Assembly: GCA_963845065.1 (NCBI GenBank)
Contig: CAWJQQ010000001.1
Location: 480,001 to 544,000, forward strand
DNA: 64,000 bases
Direction of reading: 5' to 3'
Source: Nitrospirota bacterium
GTDB taxonomy: Bacteria; Nitrospirota; UBA9217
Part shown: in pieces, positions 20,128 through 30,742 of the stretch
Numbering within the stretch: the stretch's first letter is position 1
How the letters are laid out: each line of letters begins with the position of its first letter
Position numbers and translations under genes: made by a program
The notes under the pieces: generated by a model
Seen by the model: only the letters and a program-made list of their open reading frames with translations
What the model was told of the DNA's origin: nothing
Database searches by the model: none

Positions 20128-20565
20128 CTTAACAGGTTTCGGCTTCACGAACCAGTCTCACCTGTTAGTAAATGTTTACTTCAGAGTGTACCATGAGAAG
20201 ACACCTTGTCAATTTTATTAATTCTTCCGTAATACTTATTGACTGTTCATGAGCTGCATAGTCAAGAACATAACCGTTTATTCCTCATATTTCGAGATAG
20301 GGGTTACACAAAGCATGTTTTATGTGAAACCTTAACGATCTGTATCCATAACATAGGTAAAAAAAAGGAAACCCTGACGGGCGATAGGAAGGGAATGCTG
20401 TTGCTGCAGTTACTTTTATGAAAATTTACTGTTTCGCATACATCATCGTAGACTGACAGTGATATCATCGTTTGCCGGCACCGGATTGATGCATCGTTGC
20501 GCATGAAGCACCACCTTTGAATAGAATTATTTAAAGACTTCTTGTTTGTAGATGCCGATAGACCG

Positions 20566-21543
20566 TTACCACCATCGCCAAAGTGCGATGACAAAGGTGA
20601 TGACAAACACGAGAATAAGGTTCATGTATGCAAAGAAATAGAAGAGTCGTAAGTGGAAAGGCCATTTCGGTTTTTCTCCTGAAGCGAGTAGTTTTCCAAC
20701 TTGCGGCATGGCGAGAATCTTGTCCTCTCCATGCGGAGCCGTCTTCAGGATGTCAGTCAGGTCGTTGCCCGCTGCGTGTTTTATAACATGCGACCCGTTC
20801 TTCCAGAGCCTGCTTTTTGTTACATTGTAGATGATCCCATTATAGGCAACGTATGCGGGCCGTCCATCTTTCCCATCAAACTGACTGAGGCCGTCAAGGC
20901 TACAGGTTTCGCTATCTATCGCAGGGACAAGAGACTTCTGTTTCCTTAATTTTGGACCGATAAATATGATGACGATGAGGGCGCTCGAAAGCATGACCAT
21001 GAACAGCAATATCTTGATGCCTAGGAGGATACCGAACCGCGTGGTGAAAAACATGTCCCACGACGATATCCTGGCAATGGTTAAGAGCGTTCCTGTTATT
21101 AGAAGCGTGACCATAGAAAGCCAGCCGAGCCTGAGCTCGCCCTTGGGGAGGCCCTTCGCGGCATACGCAGGCTTAAGCAAAATATGAACATACATAATCG
21201 TCCCGAACCATACAATGGCAGCGAGCATATGGAGGTATCCGATGATGAGACGGAAGATACGCTGGGTAATGACAAGGGGCCGGTAGAGACCTCTGGATCT
21301 CATCTCACTAAGGAATTGCTTTCCCTGCTCGGTGAGCGGACCGCCGCCATTCACATCGATATGACACCGCTTGCACTCGAACCCGGTCTGGCGTGCATAC
21401 TCTGGAGTGGCAGAAGCATGTCTGGGAAAAAGGGCGAGCATACCGAGAAGGCACATGAGCATAAAACAACTGATTAGTTTTCTATCTCGCATATTTACCA
21501 TGAATGTAATTATAATAAAACCGAGCGCACTTGTACACTTCAT
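20566..21543 (-). CDS. Membrane protein: signal peptide, CxxCH, CopD-like four-TM bundle, cytochrome b5-like domain (true start probably downstream, near 21492)
   Basis: ASA-TPEYARQTGFECKRCH; HMLAAIVWFG; FDGKDGRPAYVAYNGIIYNVT..WKNGSH..HAAGNDLT..APHG. Confidence 0.85.
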   Translation of the reverse strand: MKCTSALGFIIITFMVNMRDRKLISCFMLMCLLGMLALFPRHASATPEYARQTGFECKRCHIDVNGGGPLTEQGKQFLSEMRSRGLYRPLVITQRIFRLIIGYLHMLAAIVWFGTIMYVHILLKPAYAAKGLPKGELRLGWLSMVTLLITGTLLTIARISSWDMFFTTRFGILLGIKILLFMVMLSSALIVIIFIGPKLRKQKSLVPAIDSETCSLDGLSQFDGKDGRPAYVAYNGIIYNVTKSRLWKNGSHVIKHAAGNDLTDILKTAPHGEDKILAMPQVGKLLASGEKPKWPFHLRLFYFFAYMNLILVFVITFVIALWRWW

Positions 21544-21698
21544 AAATTAAGAGAAAGTCATCATGAAACAATGTTTGAAGATCGGCTCAAGTCTGTCACA
21601 GAGTTTGTCGTTGCCAGCTCTCCTGCTAAGTTGATTATTTGTACTTTATGATTGAAACCGTAGTGGCATCATCTCAAGATGCTGTGACAAAATTGCAC

Positions 21699-21740
21699 AT
21701 GAACCTCTATGTGCAAGATGTTTTGCAACAAGAGGTTCAT
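21699..21740. repeat. Short inverted repeat (possible collapsed IS/MITE ends)
   Basis: ATGAACCTCTATGTGCAA...TTGCAACAAGAGGTTCAT. Confidence 0.4.
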
Positions 21741-21992
21741 TATATAAAATTAACGATTTCTAGATGAGTTCTCTGTATTCCCAAAAATAGAAACTATATA
21801 AGAAACATCTATTACTAAATAGGTTTCAAAAGGGTGTCACTGGAGCGATTAAGGGTTAAATTATGCATGCTAGAAATGATTTGACCGGGGTCTAGAATAC
21901 ACATTCTGAGAAATCAAAGCTGAATGGTACTCGCGGCAGGAAGTGTAGTTAACAGCTGTTTTCAAGTGGCATTGCCGCAGCCGGGCGGAGCG

Positions 21993-22632
21993 CTAGGCCC
22001 GGTCTTTTAACTCTAGAAACGATTTCTGCCATGATTGCGAAAGTGCAGGAACCGCGAGAACCTTCTCGATTCCTTCGCGATTTTTCCGATCGGAATGATA
22101 GATGCGATTGGCAAATGCGATCGATATCCGGCGTGGATCCTGTTCAGCTAGCAAGAAACCGTCACCGGCTTTTACCATTCCCCCTTCAAGCACCCTGACA
22201 TAGAAACCCGTTCGGCCGGAATCAACGACAAGCTTCACGAAATCCTCCCTGCCGTACCGGGCAGCAAGCGTTGAGCAGGGCTGGCGCGGCTGGCTCACCT
22301 GCACCGTTGCCATGCCTGCACAATAGATGTCACCGATGCAGACATCATCCTCTTTCATGCCCGTCACGGAGAAATTCTCGCCAAATGCCGCATCAGGCAT
22401 TTTTCTCCCGAGTATCTTTTCCCAATACTCGTAGTGCTCGATGGCGTATACACAAATGGCCTTGTCGCTTCCGCCATGGTTTTTCAGATCGCCCACGCCG
22501 TCTCCTTCAAAGCCCTGTTTTGTCAGCACAAGAGGGATGGTAACCGGTTTTTTGCATATGCCCGTTAAAAATTCCTTACCGTGAAACAGCTCCTTCATCG
22601 GGAGACCGATGTTCAGTATCTGTATGATCATG
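21993..22632 (-). CDS. MOSC-domain protein (YiiM-like, with 3-alpha domain)
   Basis: TGICKKP, HGGSDKAICVY, FGENFS, VSQPRQPC (Moco-ligand Cys) and GRTGFYVRVL motifs. AAGGA RBS before MIIQIL. Confidence 0.9.
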
Positions 22633-22850
22633 AAAGAATTCCTTTCAGGGGATTTTCTATTCTTGAGAAGCCGAGCCGCGATCAACACCAGATGCGAAAT
22701 GATTGCCGGCCATTCTTTTACCAGATGGTTGAATTTCTTAAGAAGAGAATTTTCCTCAGTTTGTATCTTATCTTTAAGTGTCACGAAAAGTAACTTGAAG
22801 TCTCCTGAGAAATCTGATTCATCCCCTCTGCAGCATCGCTATAAAATAGT

Positions 22851-22996
22851 AGACACTAGTGGAATCGACGGCAATAGAGTAGGGATCATTCGTTCCTGAG
22901 GCGAGGGTCGTCGCAGTCCCTCCGTTTATCCCTACCTTACCTTCCTTATGCCAATGTAATCAACCCAGGAGACACTGGTGGAATCGACGGCAATAG
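22851..22996. repeat. Two 27-bp direct repeats flanking a long hairpin
   Basis: AGACACTRGTGGAATCGACGGCAATAG at 22851 and 22970. The spacer contains a GTAGGGAT...ATCCCTAC stem. Confidence 0.8.
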
Positions 22997-22999
22997 CAC

Positions 23000-23443
23000 T
23001 CAATCTATTTGATCTCTTCCTGCAATAAATTTGCCCATGAAATACTTCTTGCGAATATGCCCGGTTTCTTCATCAATCCAGCATTCAAGCCCAACTTTCT
23101 TGATACGACAGAGATTGTACAATTTCATATTGTGCGGGTATATTGCAGCCTTGACAGCAATTGGCGCCAAGAAAGCACATGGAAATTCATCGCAGCCACA
23201 GCAGATATTCACACCTTTGGCCTTCACACAATTAAGAGTCTCACGACCTTCTGGTGACAAATGAAAATGCTTCCCATCTTGCTGATGACAACCCTTGCAT
23301 GCTATTTCATCCCTTGCCACGCCTAATTTATTGTGAATCAACTCGGCGTACTCATTAGTCAAATTCTCTTTGTAGATATCATAATTGAAACAATCGAGAC
23401 CACACGGCGCTGTTAAGGATGGACTGTTGACTGCATACTTCAA
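23000..23443 (-). CDS. DUF3795-like Cys-rich protein (possibly decaying)
   Basis: TAPCGLDCFNY, ACKGC, NCVKAKG..CCGCDEFPC. Two expected cysteines appear substituted. Confidence 0.7.
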   Translation of the reverse strand: MKYAVNSPSLTAPCGLDCFNYDIYKENLTNEYAELIHNKLGVARDEIACKGCHQQDGKHFHLSPEGRETLNCVKAKGVNICCGCDEFPCAFLAPIAVKAAIYPHNMKLYNLCRIKKVGLECWIDEETGHIRKKYFMGKFIAGRDQID

Positions 23444-23674
23444 ACGATATTCATCTCTTTTTCACAGACCTTGTCGATCCGAACAAGACCTACAAGCCTG
23501 CAATGATAACTGATAATAGGAGTTGCAAAATACCAGTAGAAACTTGCACACTAACCCATGAGTTGAGGGTGGCAGTTTTTTCGCCGCGTTCCCCTCGGGA
23601 CGACTTATTAAACGAATTTACTCTTCCCTAGCGATAGCAAAGTTTGAACGATTTTTGGAAATGTTTCTGTTAAC

Positions 23675-23986
23675 TCAATCGAGGATAACAGCATCACCGT
23701 ATGCCACAACGTAAGTGACTTCCCACTGAGAACCATGTTCTTGGTATGAACCGGCCATAACCCGCACGTTTACAACGGCGTTAGCTCCTTTCTTTTTTGC
23801 ATTGGCCAATAGTCCTTCAAAAATTTCTTCGCAGAGCTTTGGCATATCACCAGCGATTCCTTTTTGGGTATACTCGATAAGCCCTAAATCTCGTGAAATA
23901 TTTTTCCCAGGGATCTCGTGCATTGTATAGCATCCTTCAATAAAACCGCTGCTATGATTCGAACCACCCATACCAAATAACCCCAT
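23675..23986 (-). CDS. YbjQ-like (UPF0145/heavy-metal-binding fold) protein
   Basis: EIPGKNISRDLGLI, AKKKGANAVVNVR and VAYGDAV motifs. AAGGAGG RBS. Confidence 0.8.
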   Translation of the reverse strand: MGLFGMGGSNHSSGFIEGCYTMHEIPGKNISRDLGLIEYTQKGIAGDMPKLCEEIFEGLLANAKKKGANAVVNVRVMAGSYQEHGSQWEVTYVVAYGDAVILD

Positions 23987-24200
23987 AGGGCCTCCTTAGT
24001 TTAGCCAATTATTGAATTAGTAGTATTCAAACGACGCGACAGTGCAGGTTTCAGAGGAAGGTACATGCACTGCACGTTGCAATCGAAATTCTTTAACTAT
24101 ATTTAAAACTAGTCCCTATGTCGAGTACCTAGTTCAGTAGTTTTGTGTAGACGAAAGTGTAATCGCTTACGAATTGTAACTTGATGCTCAGGACAAAACC

Positions 24201-24923
24201 CTACTCCACAAAGCGAGTAGCACCATCGGAGAAGGTGATTGTGGTTGTAAGCGGTTCTTTAGAGTCAGCCTGATAGTCATATTCCGTCCTCACCAGCTCA
24301 TGCCGGGTATCATCGGCCTTGTACATACGAGTCAAAGTGAGTCGGTCATGGGCATCATAGGCATACGTAGTATAAGCGACGACCTGTTCCTGCTTTCCAA
24401 TGACTACCTTGCCCACCTCTTCGGCGGTCGTTCGTATGCCATCCGCGACGCCGATTATGAAACCGCCGGCGGTACCTACTACCACCGGTGCGAAAACGAA
24501 TGCAAGAATAATGACGCCTTCACCGCGGCCGCCGCCTCCACCTTGTAACAGTTGTGATGTCATATCAGCAGTTACCGCAGTGACCCGGGCGCCCCCCTGG
24601 AACCCCTTCCCGGTCCACTGATAAACTACCTTAAGGGGTTTGGTGAAGTCGCTTTCAGATCCGACCACAACAATGTCGAATGATGTCGTTGGTTGCCCAT
24701 TCATGAGTTGTACTATCGTGAAGCGATCCCCAGCACGATCTGGCCGCTTGTCCAATTGAGTCAAAAACTCGGGCAGGCCCTTGGGATTGTATTCTATTTG
24801 ACGTACTAGGATCTCCCTGCATCGTGTTACAGCACGCTGGTCAATAATATTGATGTGCTTGGTCGCGCACCCAGCAGCGATCAGTGATAAACAAAAAAAG
24901 AGTACCAATGGTCTATATATCAT
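24201..24923 (-). CDS. Hypothetical lipoprotein
   Basis: Lipobox IAAGC, internal hydrophobic glycine-zipper-like segment and YD-like C-terminal strands. Confidence 0.7.
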   Translation of the reverse strand: MIYRPLVLFFCLSLIAAGCATKHINIIDQRAVTRCREILVRQIEYNPKGLPEFLTQLDKRPDRAGDRFTIVQLMNGQPTTSFDIVVVGSESDFTKPLKVVYQWTGKGFQGGARVTAVTADMTSQLLQGGGGGRGEGVIILAFVFAPVVVGTAGGFIIGVADGIRTTAEEVGKVVIGKQEQVVAYTTYAYDAHDRLTLTRMYKADDTRHELVRTEYDYQADSKEPLTTTITFSDGATRFVE

Positions 24924-25194
24924 AGTGAACTCGCATGGTCTGATGGATTGATCAGAGAGTGCATAGCGTAAGTGGCAGATCGTTTAGAGCATATTAAAAC
25001 CTGTCCTACGTGATTCGAATGAACGTTAACCAGTTGTTGTGAATAGCATTTTGCGATATTAGCTGATTGAGCTATGAACATCCCTCACTATTTTCAGTAT
25101 TACAGACGAATATATGCCTGATTCAAGTTTATGTCAATGTCGTCGAATGGGTATGTCGAGTGGGTATCTTATGGGGTATAACAATAACGAATTC

Positions 25195-25650
25195 TGTTTC
25201 AAGTAAGCCGCTCCGCGGTAGAAAAGCAAAGATCGCTTTAATCACCCCTCCCAGCTTCGTCTGATGTTTTCTAAATATTTTCCATGCTATCATGCATCTC
25301 CAAAGCAGTTCAATCTTATTGCGCAAGGAGAGTATGGTCATGGAAAACTGGAACGAGAAGCTCATCAATGCCCGGCAACTGAACGACAAATCCGAACGAA
25401 CGCAGGCAAACTACATCTGCACAGTACAGATCCTCACCGAGCATTGTGGCAAGACCCCCGATCTCATCACCGAAGAAGAACTTCAAGAGTATTTCCTCCA
25501 TCGCAGAAATGTCAGCCAATGGGCGCCCAACACCATGAAGAGCTGCTATGCCGGGTGCCGCTTCTTCTTTGAGAACGTTCTCAATCGTGACTGGCACATC
25601 TTCAAAATCGCCCGGGCAAAGGCCGAACACCGGATGCCGACGGTGCTCAC
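25195..25650 (+). pseudogene. Truncated tyrosine recombinase (N-terminal SAM-like domain only), of the type that accompanies IS91-family transposases
   Basis: KSERTQANY..KTPDLITEEELQEYFLH..RFFFENVLNRDW..MPTVL, after which similarity stops. Upstream AAGCCGCTCCGCGGTAG resembles the end of such elements. Confidence 0.75.
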
Positions 25651-26180
25651 TATCTCCGTGTGTATTATCTGCAGGAGTAAAGTACCTGTGCGCCCATTCA
25701 AAGGTAAAAGAGCTCGTGCAAGCTTATGCGCGTGATCATGATACCAAACGGTTTGGCAAGAATCTGACTGGAAGATGCTTCTGTAACACACAACCTCTGC
25801 AATTCCAATCTTCGCAAAAACCACCTATCGAAGCTTTACCCTATATATAGAAGGTTTATCGGCCATCGTCCTGCCGCTTAGGGTTCTTGAACCTTGGATT
25901 GATACGACGTAAAGATGTCGTCTCAATTCTTATAGGATGTTGGGTGTGCCGCATGCTTCAATATGAAATCTGTGCTTCCGCTAATATTATATGAAACTCA
26001 ACATCACCTACAGGTCTGCACTGCCTATATTGCGACAAGGGCAATGAATACCACTTGTATCACGCAAGCCAAAAATTCACCACTTTTGGCTTGATCAGTT
26101 TTTGGGGACCCTCACAACACCATCAGGCCGACTCTTGGGGTGGTACAGATTTCAGGGGTAGGGTCAGAGATGAAATCTTA

Positions 26181-27708
26181 GATCAGGTCAAGTTTTTAGT
26201 TGAAATTAGTTGAGTGGCCCGCGCTCCCTTCGGCTAAGGCTTTTTATCGATTCAACGGTGTAAAGCATCGTTGTGTATAAAATCGGATTCGTAGGATCGC
26301 CATATTTGAGTTTTCTGAGGCCGAGCCATACCTAACCATCCCTCCTTATGCAGCCTTTTTGACCGTTAGGTCATTTATTTCGTCCGCCTCGATCCGTTTC
26401 ATCACGTCCGCGATGAAGGCGTGACCCTTGATCTTCCTGAATCCTTGTTCAGCATATAAAAGAACAGAAGCGAGCCAGCGCTGCATCATCTTGCTGTCGC
26501 GATAGTGCTTTATATTGCCCTCTGCTTTTCTCACCGTAGAAAACATGCTCTCAATAGGATTGGTAGAATGCAAGGTATTCCGCAAGAGAGCGGGAACCTT
26601 CAACCGGTGAAGGGTGAGAATGTCTTCTATCGCTTCCATGAGCGAATCAGCCGCCGACTCATTGATGCCCCGAAGCCATTTCTCCATGTCCAGAAGCATC
26701 TGACGAGCATCTGCGTAATTATTCTGCTCCAGGGCAGTTCGGAACCTCCTGTGTGCGTCTTTCCGGTATTTCTTCGGCAAATGATGCTGTATATTGCGGT
26801 CCTTGTGGATCGTGCACCGCTGATGGATCAATTTCTTGCCGAAGCGATCCCGGAGAGCTTTGATTACGCCTCTGCCACCATCGGTGACCCAGATGATTCG
26901 TCGTGATAGTGTCAGACCCCGCCGTTCCATATCGGAAAACAGTTCTTCGCACAATTCATGGTTCTCCGTCGCCCCCTGCCAGAATCCCAATGTCTGCTTC
27001 GTTCCAGCACTATCGAGCCCCAGCGCCACGATGAATGCCTCTCCGCCGCGGTGAACAGTGTCTAAAAAGACTGCAAAGGGGACGAATGACGTGAGTGACC
27101 GTTCCTTAAACTCCTGAAGCTGTTTTGCTGTTGCCGCGACGATATGGCTCGACACCGTGCTGGCAGATACGCCAAATGCTTGCGCCGTATCTACAACCGT
27201 CTCCGCATACTTCCGGCATGATATGCCACGGAGTACCTTTCCAAGCAATTCTTCTGAGAAACCTTCCGGTTTTTTCAACTTCTGATAACTCTGAAGCGCA
27301 ATCTCACCAGCCGGACCTCGAAGCCGAGGGTGGGTCACTGGGATCTTCTGATCTCCGATATAGACGGAACCGCCCTGGCTTGCCCACTTCCACAGGTCAG
27401 GACTGGTGGGCTGGTAGTCTGGCCCGGCAATCTCCTCACGCTCGATGTACATGATCGTCTCCGCCATCAGTCGGCCCATTTCCTTCATGCATTCATCAAA
27501 ACCCTGTTTACCTTTTGCGAAGACATAATACATCTGTTCAATGATCTCCTGCCTTCCATATGCCTCTTCAATTCCTCGTATTGCCTTTTTCCTCTTCCTT
27601 GTGGTATCCTTCATCGAGTGGCTCCTTTCTTTGTTTCTCTCTCTCTACCGTGGATTATGCCACGGGGGAGCCACTCTTTTCAATTTCAACTAAAAACAGT
27701 ATAACCTC
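26181..27708 (-). mobile_element. Complete IS256-family element with 8-bp target-site duplication
   Basis: Imperfect inverted repeats sharing GTTTTTAGTTGAAATT..GAGTGGC. AAATCTTA is duplicated at 26173-26180 and 27709-27716. Confidence 0.93.
26346..27614 (-). CDS. IS256/Mutator-family DDE transposase
   Basis: VFLDT, VTDGG, QRCTIHK and STNPIES motifs. Confidence 0.95.
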   Translation of the reverse strand: MKDTTRKRKKAIRGIEEAYGRQEIIEQMYYVFAKGKQGFDECMKEMGRLMAETIMYIEREEIAGPDYQPTSPDLWKWASQGGSVYIGDQKIPVTHPRLRGPAGEIALQSYQKLKKPEGFSEELLGKVLRGISCRKYAETVVDTAQAFGVSASTVSSHIVAATAKQLQEFKERSLTSFVPFAVFLDTVHRGGEAFIVALGLDSAGTKQTLGFWQGATENHELCEELFSDMERRGLTLSRRIIWVTDGGRGVIKALRDRFGKKLIHQRCTIHKDRNIQHHLPKKYRKDAHRRFRTALEQNNYADARQMLLDMEKWLRGINESAADSLMEAIEDILTLHRLKVPALLRNTLHSTNPIESMFSTVRKAEGNIKHYRDSKMMQRWLASVLLYAEQGFRKIKGHAFIADVMKRIEADEINDLTVKKAA

Positions 27709-27774
27709 AAATCTTAAAAGTTACTCAGCCAATCCTAGAACTATAAAAATACTCCGTACATTTACTAAAATATG

Positions 27775-27803
27775 TTGACTTTAACATAAATTATTGTTAA
27801 ATT
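27775..27803 (+). promoter_or_regulatory. Sigma70-like promoter of the PilZ-like gene
   Basis: TTGACT-17 bp-TAAATT with an extended -10 TG. Confidence 0.55.
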
Positions 27804-27915
27804 GCTCGTAAGAGCGCCTTACTTTGGTAAATATATTATTAATCATTCAGTCTTTAGGATGCGGCTCTTGAGAGGGATTTTTTTATCACAGAAGGTCCTT
27901 TATTAGGAGGCGAGT

Positions 27916-28302
27916 ATGACGACCTACGGTCCTAACAAACGTTCCGTGAATCGACCGATCCGTGAGTTCCAAATCACTGTTAACGATTCTGATAGTCAGG
28001 TTTATACACTAGATTTCTCTCCCCATGGTCTGCGCATAGGTGGAGCAAAGCTTAAACTTCTCGTGGGAGAACGTGTGAAGATTACGGCTAAACAGGGCGA
28101 CAAAATTTATAATTTTAACGGTCAAGTAAAACGTAACGATGGATTGTTGCCCATCAGACGAATTGGCAGGTCGGTGAATATATTCTATGTGATGGCAAGC
28201 GGTTCAACATATCAGGATTTTTTTTGCGCAATGATACAGAACAATATCACTAACTGCGGCACTATCGATAAGTTAGATGGGGACAAGGGGCCGAGTATTT
28301 AA
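27916..28302 (+). CDS. PilZ-like domain protein
   Basis: KRSVNR (RxxxR) and DFSPHG (DxSxxG) motifs. AGGAGG RBS. Confidence 0.75.
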   Translation: MTTYGPNKRSVNRPIREFQITVNDSDSQVYTLDFSPHGLRIGGAKLKLLVGERVKITAKQGDKIYNFNGQVKRNDGLLPIRRIGRSVNIFYVMASGSTYQDFFCAMIQNNITNCGTIDKLDGDKGPSI

Positions 28303-28344
28303 AAAAAACCATATGCTCAAAATATTTCCCTGCGAAACCTAAAT

Positions 28345-28881
28345 GAACCTACACGCAGCAAGCTGCGTGGCATCCTAAAAAACCTAAATCAACTTCAACT
28401 GCTTTAGTTCTTCTCTCGGTTTGCCTTATGATACGATATAACGATCAACGCCTCCCCAATCGCCGTGCTCGCCTACTGTATCCGCACAATATCCATCGGG
28501 CCAAAACTCCCCGCCCCACAACTCCTTTTTTACTGCTGGTTTTCGTTTGAATATCTCGCGGGCGATAATACTCTTGAATATTTGGACTATCCTGTCTGCG
28601 GCAATTTTGGGATGCGCACCACATAACAGATGAATATGATCATTATCCATGCTTATCCGCTCTATCTCTACTTCAAATCGCGCTTGTATCCCTATCGCGG
28701 TCTCTCTGATTATCTCTACGACGTCTTTATCCAACAACGCCTTCCGATATTTTACTGGAAACACAATATGGTAGTGTATTGACCACGTACAATGATATCT
28801 TTGTTTACCTCAGTTCGTTCATGCTCCGAGCTTAACACATCAGGTGACTCGGTAGCAAGCTACGGGAAATTGCAAGTTCAA
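28345..28881 (-). mobile_element. tnpA: Degenerate IS200-type element with tnpA pseudogene (28426-28822)
   Basis: YHIVFPVKYRK, DHIHLL (HUH) and LWGGEFW motifs; early stop/frameshift. Terminal hairpins ACGCAGCAAGCTGCGT and CGGTAGCAAGCTACGG. Confidence 0.85.
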
Positions 28882-28893
28882 GGATCCCAAGAA

Positions 28894-29126
28894 TTAAATG
28901 ACAGATACCTCGAAGTATTCTTGAAGCAATTGGACCGAAAGTTTTGTGCCATCCTGCGTTAGCGCCATGGATTTTGCTTTCCATTAGGATTACTTATTTA
29001 TCCCTTTTCGCAAGGGCGGTCCATCGTGCTCCAATCAAAACGCTCCCATATGCGACAATCATAATTATCTTTTGTAGCGACGAGGTATAAAAGTGCCCGT
29101 ATCAGCGCATCGACTTTATAACCCAT
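28894..29126 (-). pseudogene. DUF6429-like small protein remnant
   Basis: KVDALIRALLYL..RIWERFDWSTMDRPCEKG*ISNPNGK/(frameshift)KSMALTQDG. Confidence 0.6.
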
Positions 29127-29287
29127 CTTCAAGCATTACGGAAGACATATTATCTGTTTCTAGGGATAGAAACTCGAGCGCTTTCAGTATGAGATAGCAG
29201 ATGTAATGTTGCGCTAATGAAGGTTGACGGGTAGGTCGGAAGCGGATACACTTATTAATAACAGTGCTTTTTGTTCAGGAGGGTCTC

Positions 29288-30742
29288 ATGCCAAGTGGTT
29301 CCTTTATCGGCATCGATCATGGAAGCAGTGCTACCAAGTCTGTAGTTGTGAGCGTAGAAGGACAGGTTCTCTACGAGACCCGGAGGGACCTTCCGATGCC
29401 GCTTCGATCCGGCATTCGAATCGAGCATACTGCGGAAGAAATCTTCCATTCGGTTTCTGATGTTCTTAACGAGTCCGTACAAGCAGTCAAGGCTCCCGGC
29501 ATGCCAATCCTGGGTATCGGGCTCTCATGCCAACGCTCCTCCTGCCTCTCGTGGAGGGAATCAACGGGAACCCCCCTCACACCGGTCATTAGCTGGCGAG
29601 ATACCCGGGGGAACGACCTTATCGATAGCATTAGGGAACAAGAGCCTGTAATCCACCGCTTGTCCGGCCTTCCACTCACGCCTTACTATTCCGCATCTAA
29701 ACTGCGCTGGATCAGGGACAACATCGTGGCGTCGAGGCAGCCGGATACGGTATTCGGAACGCTGAGCAGTTTACTGGTCAGGTATCTCATTGGGAACAGA
29801 GAGGACGTGATAGATCACACCCATGCAGCCCGCACCCAACTTATGAACATCAAGACGCTCGCTTGGGACGAGGAATTGCTTGGATTTTTTGGTCTGACCG
29901 GCATACGGCTTCCCAAGATCGTTCCCTCAGGGCACACGTTCGGTATGACGCACACACAAGTTGGAGACATTCCTCTTCTCGCCTGCCTTGGCGACCAGCA
30001 GGCGGCCATGCTAGGGCTCGGCGTGTTAGAAAAAGGCGATGCGGGAATCAACCTCGGGACAGGCGGGTTTCTGATGGTGAACACCGGCGCTGAGCTCGTG
30101 CCCATGCAAGGTCTCATGGCATCGGTCCATTATTCGAATGAGAAAGAGCGATGCTATCTGCTCGAAGGAAGCGTGAACGCCGTGGGCGATGCACTGGAAT
30201 GGTTGAGAATAAACCTACGTCTCTTCCATGAATACCAAGAAGTGGATGATCTCTGTTGGAAGGCTGCTACTGACACAGTGGCCTTCATCGGCCTGAACGG
30301 CACCGGCGCGCCTTACTGGGAAACGAACATATCGAGTGCCTTCCATGGCCTGGAGCCTGAGAGTACCTCGGCTGACATGGTGCGCGCCGTTGTTGAGGGT
30401 TTCGTTTTCTTTATAAAAAACATCGCAGAAGAGATCCAAAAGAGCGGAATTGAACCTAGGAACTTCGTCCTCTCAGGAGGGTTGTCCTCTATCACCTATC
30501 TTAGCCAGATCCAAGCCGACATACTCAAAACAGATATGTTCATCAGCGCTGGTCGAGAAGCATCCGCCCTTGGCGCTGCATTTCTTGCCGGCATACAGCA
30601 CGGTACGTGGAAAGCTGATGACATCAGGAGAATGGCATCACAGGGAGAGTTGGTGAACGGCGAATCGAATCCCGGGCTTGAGAGAAGATATAAGAAGTGG
30701 AAAGAACTGCACCGGCTGATGAGAGAGGCGTATAAAGTGTGA
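29288..30742 (+). CDS. FGGY-family carbohydrate kinase (glycerol-kinase-like)
   Basis: GIDHGSSATK, ISWRDTR, YYSASKLRW, GDQQAA and NLGTGGF motifs. GGAGG RBS. Confidence 0.9.
   Translation: MPSGSFIGIDHGSSATKSVVVSVEGQVLYETRRDLPMPLRSGIRIEHTAEEIFHSVSDVLNESVQAVKAPGMPILGIGLSCQRSSCLSWRESTGTPLTPVISWRDTRGNDLIDSIREQEPVIHRLSGLPLTPYYSASKLRWIRDNIVASRQPDTVFGTLSSLLVRYLIGNREDVIDHTHAARTQLMNIKTLAWDEELLGFFGLTGIRLPKIVPSGHTFGMTHTQVGDIPLLACLGDQQAAMLGLGVLEKGDAGINLGTGGFLMVNTGAELVPMQGLMASVHYSNEKERCYLLEGSVNAVGDALEWLRINLRLFHEYQEVDDLCWKAATDTVAFIGLNGTGAPYWETNISSAFHGLEPESTSADMVRAVVEGFVFFIKNIAEEIQKSGIEPRNFVLSGGLSSITYLSQIQADILKTDMFISAGREASALGAAFLAGIQHGTWKADDIRRMASQGELVNGESNPGLERRYKKWKELHRLMREAYKV

Noticed and set aside
22851..22996. 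CRISPR array
   Set aside because: Only two repeats, a 92-bp spacer and no cas genes.
25292..25735. Functional integron integrase
   Set aside because: The catalytic domain is absent and the sequence resembles IS91-associated recombinases.
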